Shown: positions 19,993 to 29,123, counted from the first letter of the stretch. The stretch is 64,000 nt of DNA from a virus (IMGVR_UViG_3300044842_000168:11135-75134); one strand, 5' to 3'. The notes: a model not told the origin generated them from the letters alone. Translations and numbers: made by a program.

Positions 19993-20748
19993 TCAGCCCT
20001 CGGTGCGCCTTCTCCGCCGGCTCACCGTCACGAGCACGGCACCGCCCACGAGGACGGCCACGCCGAGCACCAGTACCCCGGTGAGGGGTGCGCCGGTCAC
20101 CGGCAGGGTCGGTACGGCTGTGGCCGTGGAACTCGCCGAGGCCGTCACGGGCACCGCGCCGGAGGAACTCGGCGAGGCCGAGGTGCTCGGGCTGGTGGTC
20201 GGGCAGGCCTTCCCTGTCACGTCGCCGGCTGAGTCGTCGGAGCCGTCGTTGTTGTCCGAGGAGTCCGTCCAGCTCTCGCAGTCGGTCGCGTAGGTCCAGG
20301 TGTAGCCGGTCGAGGTGATCGCGACGTCTGTGTTGGGCGGGAACAGCCGGCGCGGCCAGTCGGAGGTGTTGGGCTTCCCGTTGACCGACTTCGGCAGCAG
20401 GCCCGTGTCCGGCGCGACCTCGGACACGACGTGGAACGTCATCTGGCCCTTCAGCGTCCCGGTCACCGGGGCGTCCGGGAGCGTCACGCCGTTGCGCGGC
20501 GAGGCCGCTCCGGCGAAGGTGGTGAAGTGGCCGTCGTCGTTGATGGTCACGGTGTAGCCGTCGTCGTCCTTGGCGACGGTGGTGTACCGGGTGAAGTCGT
20601 CGCTGGCCCAGTCGCCGTGGTGGCCGCCGTCCGGTGCCCCGGTGATCTGTGTGGTGCCCGAGTTCGGGTCGGTCGCCGAGGCCGGCGCGGCTAACGCGAG
20701 GAACAGCGCGCCGAAGAGGGCCAGCAGCGCCAGGATGCGCTTGGTCAT
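19993..20748 (-). CDS. Secreted LPXTG sortase-anchored surface protein
   Basis: Signal peptide MTKRILALL...APASA; C-terminal LPVTG, hydrophobic helix and RRRRR tail. Confidence 0.85.
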   Translation of the reverse strand: MTKRILALLALFGALFLALAAPASATDPNSGTTQITGAPDGGHHGDWASDDFTRYTTVAKDDDGYTVTINDDGHFTTFAGAASPRNGVTLPDAPVTGTLKGQMTFHVVSEVAPDTGLLPKSVNGKPNTSDWPRRLFPPNTDVAITSTGYTWTYATDCESWTDSSDNNDGSDDSAGDVTGKACPTTSPSTSASPSSSGAVPVTASASSTATAVPTLPVTGAPLTGVLVLGVAVLVGGAVLVTVSRRRRRTEG

Positions 20749-20823
20749 CGTCTTCTCCTTCTGGTCGCACCGTGCGACCCCAGGAACGGCCGGACGAGCC
20801 GGCCGCTCCGAGCGGGCACGGGA

Positions 20824-20952
20824 TCAGCGGGCGAATGCACGGCCGGCGACGTACGCGACGCTCAGCATCAGCGGGGAGGTCAGCACGAGTCCGGAGAACC
20901 AGAATCCACCGGCGATGATGGCTAGCTTCAGTTCCTTCGTCAACTTGTTCAC
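20824..20952 (-). CDS. 42-aa membrane peptide
   Basis: GTG after GAGGGAG; MNKLTKELKLAIIAGGFWFSGLVLTSPLMLSVAYV. Confidence 0.4.
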   Translation of the reverse strand: MNKLTKELKLAIIAGGFWFSGLVLTSPLMLSVAYVAGRAFAR

Positions 20953-20957
20953 CTCCC

Positions 20958-21284
20958 TCAGTAGCTCGGCGTTGCTGTCGGGGCGACCACTCCAGCCAAC
21001 CCACCGAACAGGCTGCCGAAGATCCACAGGACGGAGACCAGAACCGAGGGTCCGGCGAGGATGTATCCCATAACCAGGCCGGCGACGGCCATCCCGTGCC
21101 CCTTGACGGTGTTGGTGCGCGTCTCCTTCAAGGCGACGTGGCCAAGAACCACCGCGACGATGGAGAAGATGCCAAAGGAGCAGCATCCGGTAGCGAGCCC
21201 GACGATGCCCAGTACCATCGAGGCGACGGCCATGCCCGAGGTACGACGCGGGTCTACCGCGTACATGAACGGCGGCTGGTTCAT
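20958..21284 (-). CDS. DUF4190-like membrane protein
   Basis: RTSGMAVASMVLGIVG...AVVLGHVALKE...GHGMAVAGLVMGY; TGATG overlap. Confidence 0.8.
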   Translation of the reverse strand: MNQPPFMYAVDPRRTSGMAVASMVLGIVGLATGCCSFGIFSIVAVVLGHVALKETRTNTVKGHGMAVAGLVMGYILAGPSVLVSVLWIFGSLFGGLAGVVAPTATPSY

Positions 21285-22426
21285 CAGGCACAGCTCCAGG
21301 GGTCGAAGGGTTGCCAGCCGACCGTGGGGTTGTTGGGGGCGTTGTGGAACACGAGCGGTTGGATCATGTAGGTGGCGGCTGTCTGGTTCAGCTTGCCGGC
21401 GTCCCACAGGTCGATACCCTGGTACGCCTGGCCGTCCAGCACCATGACCGTCCGGGGCTGCCCGCCGCAGGTGTTGGCGCTGACGGTCGCCCGGTACCGG
21501 GCCGACATCGGCTGTGGGCCGGAGCCCTGTGCCGCCGCGTAGCCGGCCGGCGAGGTCCACGGCCCGATTGGGGTCGGGGCCGTACCGAAGATGGTGGGCA
21601 CCGCGTCGCAGTAACCACACTCGGGGTTGCTCAGCGTCATGACGTAGAGCGTCGCGGAGAACTTGTAGATGCCGGCGCCTTCGACCGCGCTGAACAGCGC
21701 GGCAGAGCCGTTTCCGGTGCCGTCCGTCCACGCGGCGTTGAGCGGCTCCACGAACTCCGCGTACCCGGTCCCTCCGGCACCGGTGCACACGAGGTAGGCG
21801 GCGGAGCCGTCCGTGAAGATGGAGAAGTCTCCGTTGGCATTCGCACAGGTGTACGCGGCCGGCTTGTGGAACGTCGTGCAGGGACCGGTCGGTCCGGAGC
21901 AGAGGTAGTTGTTGTAGGCGTTGGCGTGGTCCAGGTTGAAGTCGTCCGGGGCGTTGAACCACAGCACGTACTGTCCGTCCGGTCGCTGCACCATCCGTGG
22001 GTTGAAGCAGCCCGCCCCGTTCGTCCGGACGCACTGTGCATCCCACGTCCGCCCGCTCCACGGATCGATCATGGTGGGGGAGATCAGCTGTGTGATCCCG
22101 GACCACGGCCCGTCGAGGCTCGGCGCCGAGGCGACGGCGAAGCCACAGAAGTGGTTGGTGCTCGCGCCGACTCCCCAGGCGAAGCCGCAGGAGTACTGGG
22201 TGCCGTACAGGTAGTAGGTGTCGCCGAACTTCTGCACGATCCCGTCGTGCAGGTCGAGGCCGGTGATGGTCTTCCCGGACGGAACCGTGACGGCCGGCGC
22301 GGTGAGGGTGGTTCCGTGACTCGGGGGCACGGCGGTGCCACGCGGGCTCGCCGAGGCGACCCCCGAGATGAGGGCCGTGATCGCCAGCACGTTGGCCAGC
22401 AATACGGCCCAGCGGAGCCTGGTCAT
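21284..22426 (-). CDS. Secreted GH43-like (5-bladed propeller) glycoside hydrolase
   Basis: Signal peptide; DLHDG..QKFGDTYYLYG, FNPRMV...GQYVLWFN, GDFSIFTDG.AYL, EG..IYK. Confidence 0.65.
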   Translation of the reverse strand: MTRLRWAVLLANVLAITALISGVASASPRGTAVPPSHGTTLTAPAVTVPSGKTITGLDLHDGIVQKFGDTYYLYGTQYSCGFAWGVGASTNHFCGFAVASAPSLDGPWSGITQLISPTMIDPWSGRTWDAQCVRTNGAGCFNPRMVQRPDGQYVLWFNAPDDFNLDHANAYNNYLCSGPTGPCTTFHKPAAYTCANANGDFSIFTDGSAAYLVCTGAGGTGYAEFVEPLNAAWTDGTGNGSAALFSAVEGAGIYKFSATLYVMTLSNPECGYCDAVPTIFGTAPTPIGPWTSPAGYAAAQGSGPQPMSARYRATVSANTCGGQPRTVMVLDGQAYQGIDLWDAGKLNQTAATYMIQPLVFHNAPNNPTVGWQPFDPWSCA

Positions 22427-22437
22427 GCGAGTTCCCT

Positions 22438-22599
22438 TCAGGGGCCGAACGGCCCGACGTTGTAGAGGGTGGACGTGGGGACGACGTGTACGTTGGTCGC
22501 GGGGGTGTGCTCCTGGTAGAGGAACTGACCGTAGGCGATCAGGAACCCGATCGCGAACGCGGCGAAGCCGGCCGCGAGCCCGAGCCAGAAGCGCTTCAC
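22438..22599 (-). CDS. 53-aa membrane protein
   Basis: GTGA overlap; MKRFWLGLAAGFAAFAIGFLIAYGQF. Confidence 0.5.
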   Translation of the reverse strand: MKRFWLGLAAGFAAFAIGFLIAYGQFLYQEHTPATNVHVVPTSTLYNVGPFGP

Positions 22600-22769
22600 A
22601 GCTTGTACCACCTTTCGAAGTCGTCTTTGGTGAGCGCGCGGGCGATCGCCTTGGCTCGCCGCGCGGCCTTCCGGTCGCGCCGGAGCGCCCGCGCGGGCGG
22701 AGCGAAGGTGATCACGAGCACGAGCGTGACGATGAGGCTGGCGACCATACAGGCCGCGAAGAACTTCAT
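22596..22769 (-). CDS. 57-aa membrane protein
   Basis: MKFFAACMVASLIVTLVLVITF; overlapping start/stop chain. Confidence 0.5.
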   Translation of the reverse strand: MKFFAACMVASLIVTLVLVITFAPPARALRRDRKAARRAKAIARALTKDDFERWYKL

Positions 22770-22870
22770 CGTGGAGCGAAGATGCCGAGGCCGAAGCAGA
22801 CCGCGCCGCCCACGACCAGGGACAGGACCAGGAACACCCACACGCCGCAGGGGACGCGAGACGTCCTCAC
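22766..22870 (-). CDS. Small membrane peptide
   Basis: GGAGG RBS; GVWVFLVLSLVVGGAVCFGLGIF. Confidence 0.4.
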   Translation of the reverse strand: MRTSRVPCGVWVFLVLSLVVGGAVCFGLGIFAPR

Positions 22871-22946
22871 CACTCCTCCGTTCTGCGAATCCAGATGATG
22901 TTGGGGATGAAGCTGCTGACCAGGGTCCAATAGAAGGCCGCTCCGA

Positions 22947-23219
22947 TCACTCGGAGGTTCCACGGATCGCGTTCAGCCGAGCAAAGACGCGGGAGTCGCA
23001 CCACGACACGGACGGTGTGTCCTCGGCTGCCAACCGGCGCCTCGAAGACGATGTGCGGCTGTGCCACAGGTGCCACTCCCCTCGGCGGTAGCTGGACACC
23101 ATGCCCCGGACGAACCGGACCGGAAGCTGCACGCCGTAGAACCACAGGGCCAGGGCCCACAGGATCAGCAGGGCGATGGCGGCCACGGCCAGGACTGGTA
23201 TCAGCACGAACTCGATCAC
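22947..23219 (-). CDS. Membrane protein, probably leaderless
   Basis: N-terminal TM helix; GTG lies 7 nt after -10 TACAGT. Confidence 0.5.
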   Translation of the reverse strand: MIEFVLIPVLAVAAIALLILWALALWFYGVQLPVRFVRGMVSSYRRGEWHLWHSRTSSSRRRLAAEDTPSVSWCDSRVFARLNAIRGTSE

Positions 23220-23237
23220 GGCAATGACTGTACTCCA

Positions 23238-23257
23238 GTAGACGCGTATCCGTCTAC
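23238..23257 (-). promoter_or_regulatory. 20-bp palindromic operator / promoter
   Basis: GTAGACG-cgtatc-CGTCTAC, inverted repeat extends 23232-23263; -10 TACAGT. Confidence 0.75.
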
Positions 23258-23382
23258 TGGAGTGCGAGGAAGACGGTCAGCGCGGCGAGCAGCAGCAGCG
23301 CTCCGAGGAACATGACGGCTCTCCAGAATTGCTCACGGCGACGCCGGGACCTGTAGGTTTGTGGCTCCCAGTACTTCTTCAC
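23254..23382 (-). CDS. 42-aa membrane peptide
   Basis: GTGA overlap with the GT2 stop; MKKYWEPQ...MFLGALLLLAALTVFLALQ. Confidence 0.45.
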   Translation of the reverse strand: MKKYWEPQTYRSRRRREQFWRAVMFLGALLLLAALTVFLALQ

Positions 23383-23957
23383 CAACGGTCGGCCCTTCCC
23401 GAGGTGTTGCCGTCGTGGATGTTCCACACCCAGGTCCGCTCGGGCAGGTGGGAGAACTTGGCGCCGCCCCGGAGCAGCTGGACATAGAAGCCCCAGTCAT
23501 CATACGGAGTGCCACCCCACGGTGCGAAGTGTGCATCGGCTGCCTTCGCGACGTCGTACCGAACCAGCGAGGTGACCGGGATGTAGCTCCGCGCCTCCAG
23601 CAGATCCGCGTCGAAGGGCACGCCGAACCGGTCCGGCGACGGGTCAGCGCCACCGTTCATCACCGGCCACGGGTACACGACGTCGGCGCCGGTCTCCTCG
23701 GCATGCGTCAGTAGCCGGTCCAGATGGCCGGGCATGAACGCGTCGTCATCGTCCAGGAAGGCCATCCAGGTCGTGGCGACGGCCCTGAGCGCCCGGTTGC
23801 GAACGGCGGCGGCGCCGTCGTGGTCCTTGTCGACCTCGATGATGATCCGTGTGGGCGGTTCGGTCTGGTGCATCACCGAGGCTACGGCGCGGCGTAGCAT
23901 GGCCTGTCGCTTCGGGATAGTCGGGATGATGACGGTGACGTCACGCGCGAAGGGCAC
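23379..23957 (-). CDS. Glycosyltransferase family 2
   Basis: VTVIIPT, AAVRNRAL, AFLDDDD (DxD), DDWGF. Confidence 0.9.
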   Translation of the reverse strand: MPFARDVTVIIPTIPKRQAMLRRAVASVMHQTEPPTRIIIEVDKDHDGAAAVRNRALRAVATTWMAFLDDDDAFMPGHLDRLLTHAEETGADVVYPWPVMNGGADPSPDRFGVPFDADLLEARSYIPVTSLVRYDVAKAADAHFAPWGGTPYDDWGFYVQLLRGGAKFSHLPERTWVWNIHDGNTSGRADRW

Positions 23958-24870
23958 GGTGGACCCCTTCCTCCAGCTCGATGCGCGGGGTGTAGATCGT
24001 TCGGTACAGGGCGTCATCCCCCACGCGGTACGCGACTCCCTTGGGCTTCCCGTCCAACACCTTCACCTCGGGGTCGGCTCCCCAGTACGCGTAGTATGCC
24101 ATCCGGGCAAGCTCTGTCATGGAGACGCCCCGGCCGGTGCAGATGTTGACCGGGCCGTCAACCTCCATCTCGGCCATCAGCAGCATGGAGTGAACGAAGT
24201 CGTCGATGTGGATGAAGTCGCGTGTGGCGTCACTCCACACCTCGATCGGGCCGGTGTTGGGCGGTGTGGACTTGACGCGCTCGATGATGGAGGGGAACGG
24301 GTAGTCCAGACTCTGGTCCTCTCCGTAACCAGAGAACGGCCGAACCACGGTCACCCGACCGCCGGCCGCGCGGTACTCCTCGGCGAGCCGCTCACCAACC
24401 ATCTTCTCGAACCCATAGCTGATGTCCGGCCCGATGTGGGCGACGGGGTTGTACACCGGGGCGAAGTCCTCGTGCAGCCTCATCCCCCACTGCGCCTCTT
24501 GCATCGACGTCGGGTACACCGCCGAAGAGGAGATGTAGATGAGCCGCTCGGGCTGCGCCCTGGCCACCCAACGGAACAGCGCACCGTCGATGGAGAGGTT
24601 GCGCGACAGCACCTCCAGCGGGCTGATCTCCATTGTCATCCGGCCACCTATGAACGCGGCGCAGTGCACAGCGAGGTCGTAGTGGACGGCGGTGAAGTAG
24701 CCGGAATCCACCAGGCTCCCTACGCCCCGGTAGTGCCGTTGCACACCAGGCAGGGGCCGCTGGCTATGGCTCGGGAGATCGATGGCGTCCACGGCCCAGC
24801 CCTGCTTCGCGAGCGCTGCGGTGACGTGTCGCCCCACGAAGCCGGCCGCGCCGGTCACGAGTGCCTTCAC
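23941..24870 (-). CDS. NAD-dependent NDP-sugar epimerase/dehydratase
   Basis: VTGAAGFVG, YISSSAVY, YGFEK (YxxxK), VRPFSGYG, RDFIHIDD. Confidence 0.9.
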   Translation of the reverse strand: MKALVTGAAGFVGRHVTAALAKQGWAVDAIDLPSHSQRPLPGVQRHYRGVGSLVDSGYFTAVHYDLAVHCAAFIGGRMTMEISPLEVLSRNLSIDGALFRWVARAQPERLIYISSSAVYPTSMQEAQWGMRLHEDFAPVYNPVAHIGPDISYGFEKMVGERLAEEYRAAGGRVTVVRPFSGYGEDQSLDYPFPSIIERVKSTPPNTGPIEVWSDATRDFIHIDDFVHSMLLMAEMEVDGPVNICTGRGVSMTELARMAYYAYWGADPEVKVLDGKPKGVAYRVGDDALYRTIYTPRIELEEGVHRALRA

Positions 24871-25577
24871 GGCTGGCTCCCGTCCACCATTGTCTGGTCC
24901 TGCTTCAGCCGGCGAATCGCATCCTTGAGGCCGTCGCTGGAGCCGACCCAGCGGTGGTACTCCGCTCGGTCGTGCTCGTTGGTGTAGCGGCTGTTGGCGT
25001 CCTCATACGTCGTGTCCCACTCGGCGCGGCCGGCGTGCGGGTGTAGATGGGTTATCTTGATCTCCGGAAAGTAGCGCAGCGACTGCATCACTTCACCAAG
25101 CACCTTCCAGGCGTTGTCCACGTAGAGGTGATGCAGGCCGGGAGGCGCCATCCATCCGAGCGCCCGTACGATGTTGGCGTCCATGAAGACGGCGGTGGGG
25201 AGCGCTTCGTGCTGGTGCCCGTCGTCTCCGTAGGCGATCATCATCGGCTGCAGCGCATCGTTGAGCTTGGCGTCCCAGCCGCCCGTCTCGAACACGTGGT
25301 CATCCCCGACGAAGCCGAGTATGGTAACCACATCCTCGACGGCATAGGATGCGGCTTGGTTGAGCGTCTGTACCATGTTCCGACGCTTGCTGTCCACGTT
25401 GAGCAGGAACACCCCGGCCCCCGACACAGCATTGCTGTACCCGACCAGATCCGGGTCAGAGCTGTCCACAGCGATGATCAGCCGGGTGCTTCGGTGAACG
25501 CGGGTCAGGCGGAATGACTCGATGAGCCGGGCGACGTTCGCCGGCCGGCCGCGTGATGGACAGATGACGGTGATCAT
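24867..25577 (-). CDS. Glycosyltransferase family 2-like
   Basis: MITVICPSRGRP, GFVGDDHV (DD), HLYVDN, ITHLHP. Confidence 0.8.
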   Translation of the reverse strand: MITVICPSRGRPANVARLIESFRLTRVHRSTRLIIAVDSSDPDLVGYSNAVSGAGVFLLNVDSKRRNMVQTLNQAASYAVEDVVTILGFVGDDHVFETGGWDAKLNDALQPMMIAYGDDGHQHEALPTAVFMDANIVRALGWMAPPGLHHLYVDNAWKVLGEVMQSLRYFPEIKITHLHPHAGRAEWDTTYEDANSRYTNEHDRAEYHRWVGSSDGLKDAIRRLKQDQTMVDGSQP

Positions 25578-25969
25578 TGTTCTCCTCCGGGCCAGACGAC
25601 CCGATAGATGGTATGGCAGTAGACCTTCAACACGCGCCAGCATTCGGGGCATGGCTCGCGTGTGACGTACAGAACGAACCGCGCTCCGCCGTACGCCTTG
25701 AATGCCTGCTGTATGCAGTTGATCTCGGCGTGTGTCGCGATGCAGTTGTGGTACGGCGTATATGGGTCTGGAGCTTCGGTGACGCGTGGACAGTGCCCGG
25801 CCAAGCACGACAGCAGCGAGCCTGGATCGGTGCCGTTGTAGCCAGTGGCGATCAATCGGTTGTCCCGCACCGCTACAGCGCCGACTCGTGACCGAGAGCA
25901 GTCGGCTCGGGCTGCGACAGCGGTAGCGATCCCCAGGAAGTACTCATCCCAGGAGGGCCGGCCAGTCAC
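25574..25969 (-). CDS. dCMP deaminase (ComEB-like)
   Basis: RPSWDEYF, VGAV, ATGYNG, HAEINCI, PCPEC zinc motif. Confidence 0.92.
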   Translation of the reverse strand: MTGRPSWDEYFLGIATAVAARADCSRSRVGAVAVRDNRLIATGYNGTDPGSLLSCLAGHCPRVTEAPDPYTPYHNCIATHAEINCIQQAFKAYGGARFVLYVTREPCPECWRVLKVYCHTIYRVVWPGGEQ

Positions 25970-26373
25970 GAAGCCTGGTCCTTTCGCTTGTAGAGACGGA
26001 AGGCGAACAGTGCGCCGCGCATCTCCCACTCGAACCTCAGCGCGTGTGCGCGGGCGTAGTTGGTGCCGGCGGTGCGATAGGCAGCGACGGATACCACGAA
26101 GTCCTTGCCCGGTATGCGTTCCTGCCAACCTGCATCCACGAAGTTCTCCCAGTGATACCGAGTTCGTCCGCCTATGGTGGTCTTGGGCGCGCCGGTGGTG
26201 ATGAAGTCCTCAGAGCGGTACTCAGCCAGCACAGTAACCGCCGGCCGGCGATCTCCTGGGCAGGCGTTGGCGATATGAGAGGACAGGGAGGCGTGACAGC
26301 CTATCACCACGCGTAGGTCGGCGCCACAGTCGGGGCAGAACCGGGCTCGGTGACAACGCCCACAAGTACTCAC
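25966..26373 (-). CDS. Hypothetical protein with N-terminal Cys/His cluster
   Basis: CGRCH...CPDC; GTGA coupling at both ends. Confidence 0.45.
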   Translation of the reverse strand: MSTCGRCHRARFCPDCGADLRVVIGCHASLSSHIANACPGDRRPAVTVLAEYRSEDFITTGAPKTTIGGRTRYHWENFVDAGWQERIPGKDFVVSVAAYRTAGTNYARAHALRFEWEMRGALFAFRLYKRKDQAS

Positions 26374-27398
26374 GCGACCTCCCTGGCCTTCAACCCGTAC
26401 GCCTCACGCCACAGCTGGGCGTTGCCTTGGATGGTGTAGCTGGCAGCGAGTTCCTTTGCCCGCTGCCCCATCTCTTCGCGTAGGCCGGGGTCTGAGGCCA
26501 GGAGAGAGAGGTACTGCCCCCACTCGTGCGGCCGGCGCACGAGGAAGCCAGTCTGTCCGTGATCCACGAACCGCTCGTACGGCGGCTCAGCACTCACGAC
26601 CGCCGGGATACCCAGGGCCGCGTACTCCAACGCCTTGATGTGGCTCTTAGACCGGTTAAACACATGGCTCTTCAGCGGAGCCAACCCAATGTCGAAGTCG
26701 ATTGACCGGTAATAGCTGTCGAAGTCGGGGGACCAGGGTGTGAAGCGCGTCCGGTCGGCCGGGAACCGGAGGTGCTCGGTGAAGTCGGTGCCGATGCAGT
26801 GGAAGTCGGCCTCGGGGTGCCGCGCCAGCCAGCGACGGATCTGTGGCCCGGACTCGTCGAAGTCCATCAGGTGCGTGAAGGAGCCACCCCAGCCAACCGT
26901 GAGCCGCTCGCGCTTCGGCCGCTCCAGCTGGAGGAGATCGCCCAGTACGACGTTCGGCAGCACGACCACGTTGGGGTTGAACTGTCCGAACACCTCGGCG
27001 AGATGCGGTGTGGACACCGTGACGACATCGGCGACCTCGCAGTTGCGCCGGATGTTGGCGGCGATGACCGGGTCACCATACATCTTCGCACCGGCCGGGT
27101 TGGAGCGGGGATCGATGGTGAATAGGTCGTCATCCACCTCATACACGAGGCGGTGGAACCCCTCGGCCGCGAGCCGCTGCCAGATACCGGACGGGTCAGG
27201 CTTGCACACGCGCTGCCCGATGATGGTGACGGGTCGCTCGCCGAGCCTGAACGCCTTCGGCTCACTCAGCTCTGGCGGTATCCGCTCCGCGAGCGCGACC
27301 CGGTAGCCAAGCTCGCGCAGACCCCACAACGGGATGCCCACGCGGTACTGTCCACAGCCGAACCAGTCGGCGATCCAACCGAAGACGTCCAGGTCCAC
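26370..27398 (-). CDS. Glycosyltransferase family 4 (GT-B)
   Basis: YEVDDDLF, TVSTPHLAE, VGWGGS.TH, DIGLAPL..HVFNRSKSHIKALEYAALGIP. Confidence 0.9.
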   Translation of the reverse strand: MDLDVFGWIADWFGCGQYRVGIPLWGLRELGYRVALAERIPPELSEPKAFRLGERPVTIIGQRVCKPDPSGIWQRLAAEGFHRLVYEVDDDLFTIDPRSNPAGAKMYGDPVIAANIRRNCEVADVVTVSTPHLAEVFGQFNPNVVVLPNVVLGDLLQLERPKRERLTVGWGGSFTHLMDFDESGPQIRRWLARHPEADFHCIGTDFTEHLRFPADRTRFTPWSPDFDSYYRSIDFDIGLAPLKSHVFNRSKSHIKALEYAALGIPAVVSAEPPYERFVDHGQTGFLVRRPHEWGQYLSLLASDPGLREEMGQRAKELAASYTIQGNAQLWREAYGLKAREVA

Positions 27399-27401
27399 TC
27401 G

Positions 27402-27599
27402 CTACCTCCCCGTAACAGCCGGAGCGCCGAAGCACCCTGGGCAGAACACCATGTTCATCGCGACAGCGACCTCATACCGTACCGGCGTCGGGAAGCTCGC
27501 CGTCCACGACCCACACCCGGTCCGGAAGGGGTCGCTAGCTGTGCTAGAATGGACGGTATGGCCCGGAACGGCGTGGGCGGTGTAGAGGAGCGGTCTCAT
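27402..27599 (-). CDS. Hypothetical protein
   Basis: GGAGG RBS, ATGA overlap. Confidence 0.4.
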   Translation of the reverse strand: MRPLLYTAHAVPGHTVHSSTASDPFRTGCGSWTASFPTPVRYEVAVAMNMVFCPGCFGAPAVTGR

Positions 27600-27925
27600 G
27601 CCTCCTCCGAGCTTCGCGAGGCCAGTACGGCTCGATAGCGTTCGCGCTCGGCTGCCTCGGCGAGAAGCTCGGCCGTCGCGACGCCGGACCACATGTTGGC
27701 CAGCCGCTCCGCCAGTTGCTCTTCCTCGATAGCGTTCCGGACCCGGACGCTGTTGAAGGCGCGCATCTCGGCCTCGACCGGGGTGCAGGAATGGCCGCCC
27801 TGCTTCGGGCGGGCCATCTCCGCTGCCTTGATCTGATCCATCAAGCTGTAGAACTTGAGATATGCCTCGTGCGCCTTGTTGGCCTGTGCCCGCATTCGGC
27901 GCAGCGCGGTCTCTGCGCTAGACAC
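27596..27925 (-). CDS. Hypothetical helical protein
   Basis: Overlapping chain, high GC3. Confidence 0.5.
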   Translation of the reverse strand: MSSAETALRRMRAQANKAHEAYLKFYSLMDQIKAAEMARPKQGGHSCTPVEAEMRAFNSVRVRNAIEEEQLAERLANMWSGVATAELLAEAAERERYRAVLASRSSEEA

Positions 27926-28142
27926 CGAGAGCCCTTTCCAGCCGGCCGTCCACGATCTCTCCGGCGGCGAGTTCTGTCTTGAGGAGTCGCATGGCGATCG
28001 CCAGACGGGCCGGGTCGCTGTCCTCGTACGCCTTCAGTGCGGCCTCGGCGTACGTCGTGAGGGTGGAGATTCGGTGATACGGACTTTTGCTGATTTGCTG
28101 GATCTCGAATTCCAGTGTGTCGTCGTTCACAACGACTACCAT
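27918..28142 (-). CDS. Hypothetical protein
   Basis: Preceded by the GTGAGAAGGG start-associated motif. Confidence 0.5.
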   Translation of the reverse strand: MVVVVNDDTLEFEIQQISKSPYHRISTLTTYAEAALKAYEDSDPARLAIAMRLLKTELAAGEIVDGRLERALGV

Positions 28143-28212
28143 TGCAATTCCCTTCTCACCAGGAATGACGAGAGGAGCTTACTCGTGTAATAGCTGTTGG
28201 CGCTAGATACGA

Positions 28213-28238
28213 AAGGACCGCCCCGAAGGGCGGTCCTT
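28213..28238 (-). terminator. Hairpin terminator
   Basis: AAGGACCGCCC-cgaa-GGGCGGTCCTT. Confidence 0.7.
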
Positions 28239-28251
28239 GTAGTGGGATCTA

Positions 28252-29034
28252 TCAGGCGAAATAGCCGGCCTTACCGGCGCAGTCGCGACCCATGCCCCGG
28301 TCGATAGACTCCTGGTCAGTGAGGGTCCGGTGGCACCGGATGCACTCGCCGTAGAGCTGCCCGAACTTGGCGGCCTCGGCTGCGCTGAGCCGGTCCTCCT
28401 CGGCGAGCCGGCGGAGCGCGCCCGACGCGTACTCCCACGACCGCGTGGCGGGGTTGAACCGGTTGGCGTAGAGCCGGCCGGAACCGTGCACGGCGCGCTT
28501 GACCTGGAAGAAGTCGTCGCCGAGCCGGAACACGCCGTCGCCCTTGACCGGGGTCCGGGTCGGCTGGAGGGACTGGAACTTCTGGAGCCGCTCGCCCTGG
28601 CGCTGCGCGACCTCGCGGAGCTTCGACCGGCCGGCCTTGGTGGCGGCGAAGACGGGATCGATGCGGTACGGCTTGTGGCTGGTGGAGCCGCAGTTGTTGC
28701 AGAAGCCGCCCGGCGCCAGCGCCCGCTCGTTGGCGAAGTCGCACCAGACCTCGCGTGCCTCGGCGAAGGCACGGTTGCGGTCGGCCGCCTCCTGGACTCG
28801 GATCGTCATGGCGTAGGCGTCGCGGTCGGTGGCCTGCTCGCGCTCGGCAATGAGGCTGTCGTACCGGGCGAAGCGATCGATGCTCGCGGCAGCGGCCTCG
28901 GTGGCCCGAGCGCGCTCGCTCGACCACAGCGGACGGCCGTAGGTGGCCGCCTCGCCGGCCGCCCGGCGGCGGTAGCACTCGCGCACGTCGGCAGCGGTCG
29001 GGTGGGGCGTGTGGTGGATCCCGCAGATTGGCAT
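28252..29034 (-). CDS. Zn-binding protein with C-terminal DUF6011-like domain
   Basis: CIRCHRTLTDQESIDRGMGRDC; additional CGIH and CNNC motifs. Confidence 0.7.
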   Translation of the reverse strand: MPICGIHHTPHPTAADVRECYRRRAAGEAATYGRPLWSSERARATEAAAASIDRFARYDSLIAEREQATDRDAYAMTIRVQEAADRNRAFAEAREVWCDFANERALAPGGFCNNCGSTSHKPYRIDPVFAATKAGRSKLREVAQRQGERLQKFQSLQPTRTPVKGDGVFRLGDDFFQVKRAVHGSGRLYANRFNPATRSWEYASGALRRLAEEDRLSAAEAAKFGQLYGECIRCHRTLTDQESIDRGMGRDCAGKAGYFA

Positions 29035-29085
29035 GGCTTCCTCTTCACATCGGCTGGCTTCCTGCTGTGATGCCAGTCTACGCCA

Positions 29086-29105
29086 GTAGACGCCTTCGCG
29101 TCTAC
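29086..29105 (-). promoter_or_regulatory. 20-bp palindromic operator / promoter
   Basis: GTAGACG-ccttcg-CGTCTAC; -10 TAGACT 5 nt downstream. Confidence 0.75.
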
Positions 29106-29123
29106 CCCCAGTTTACAGATATG

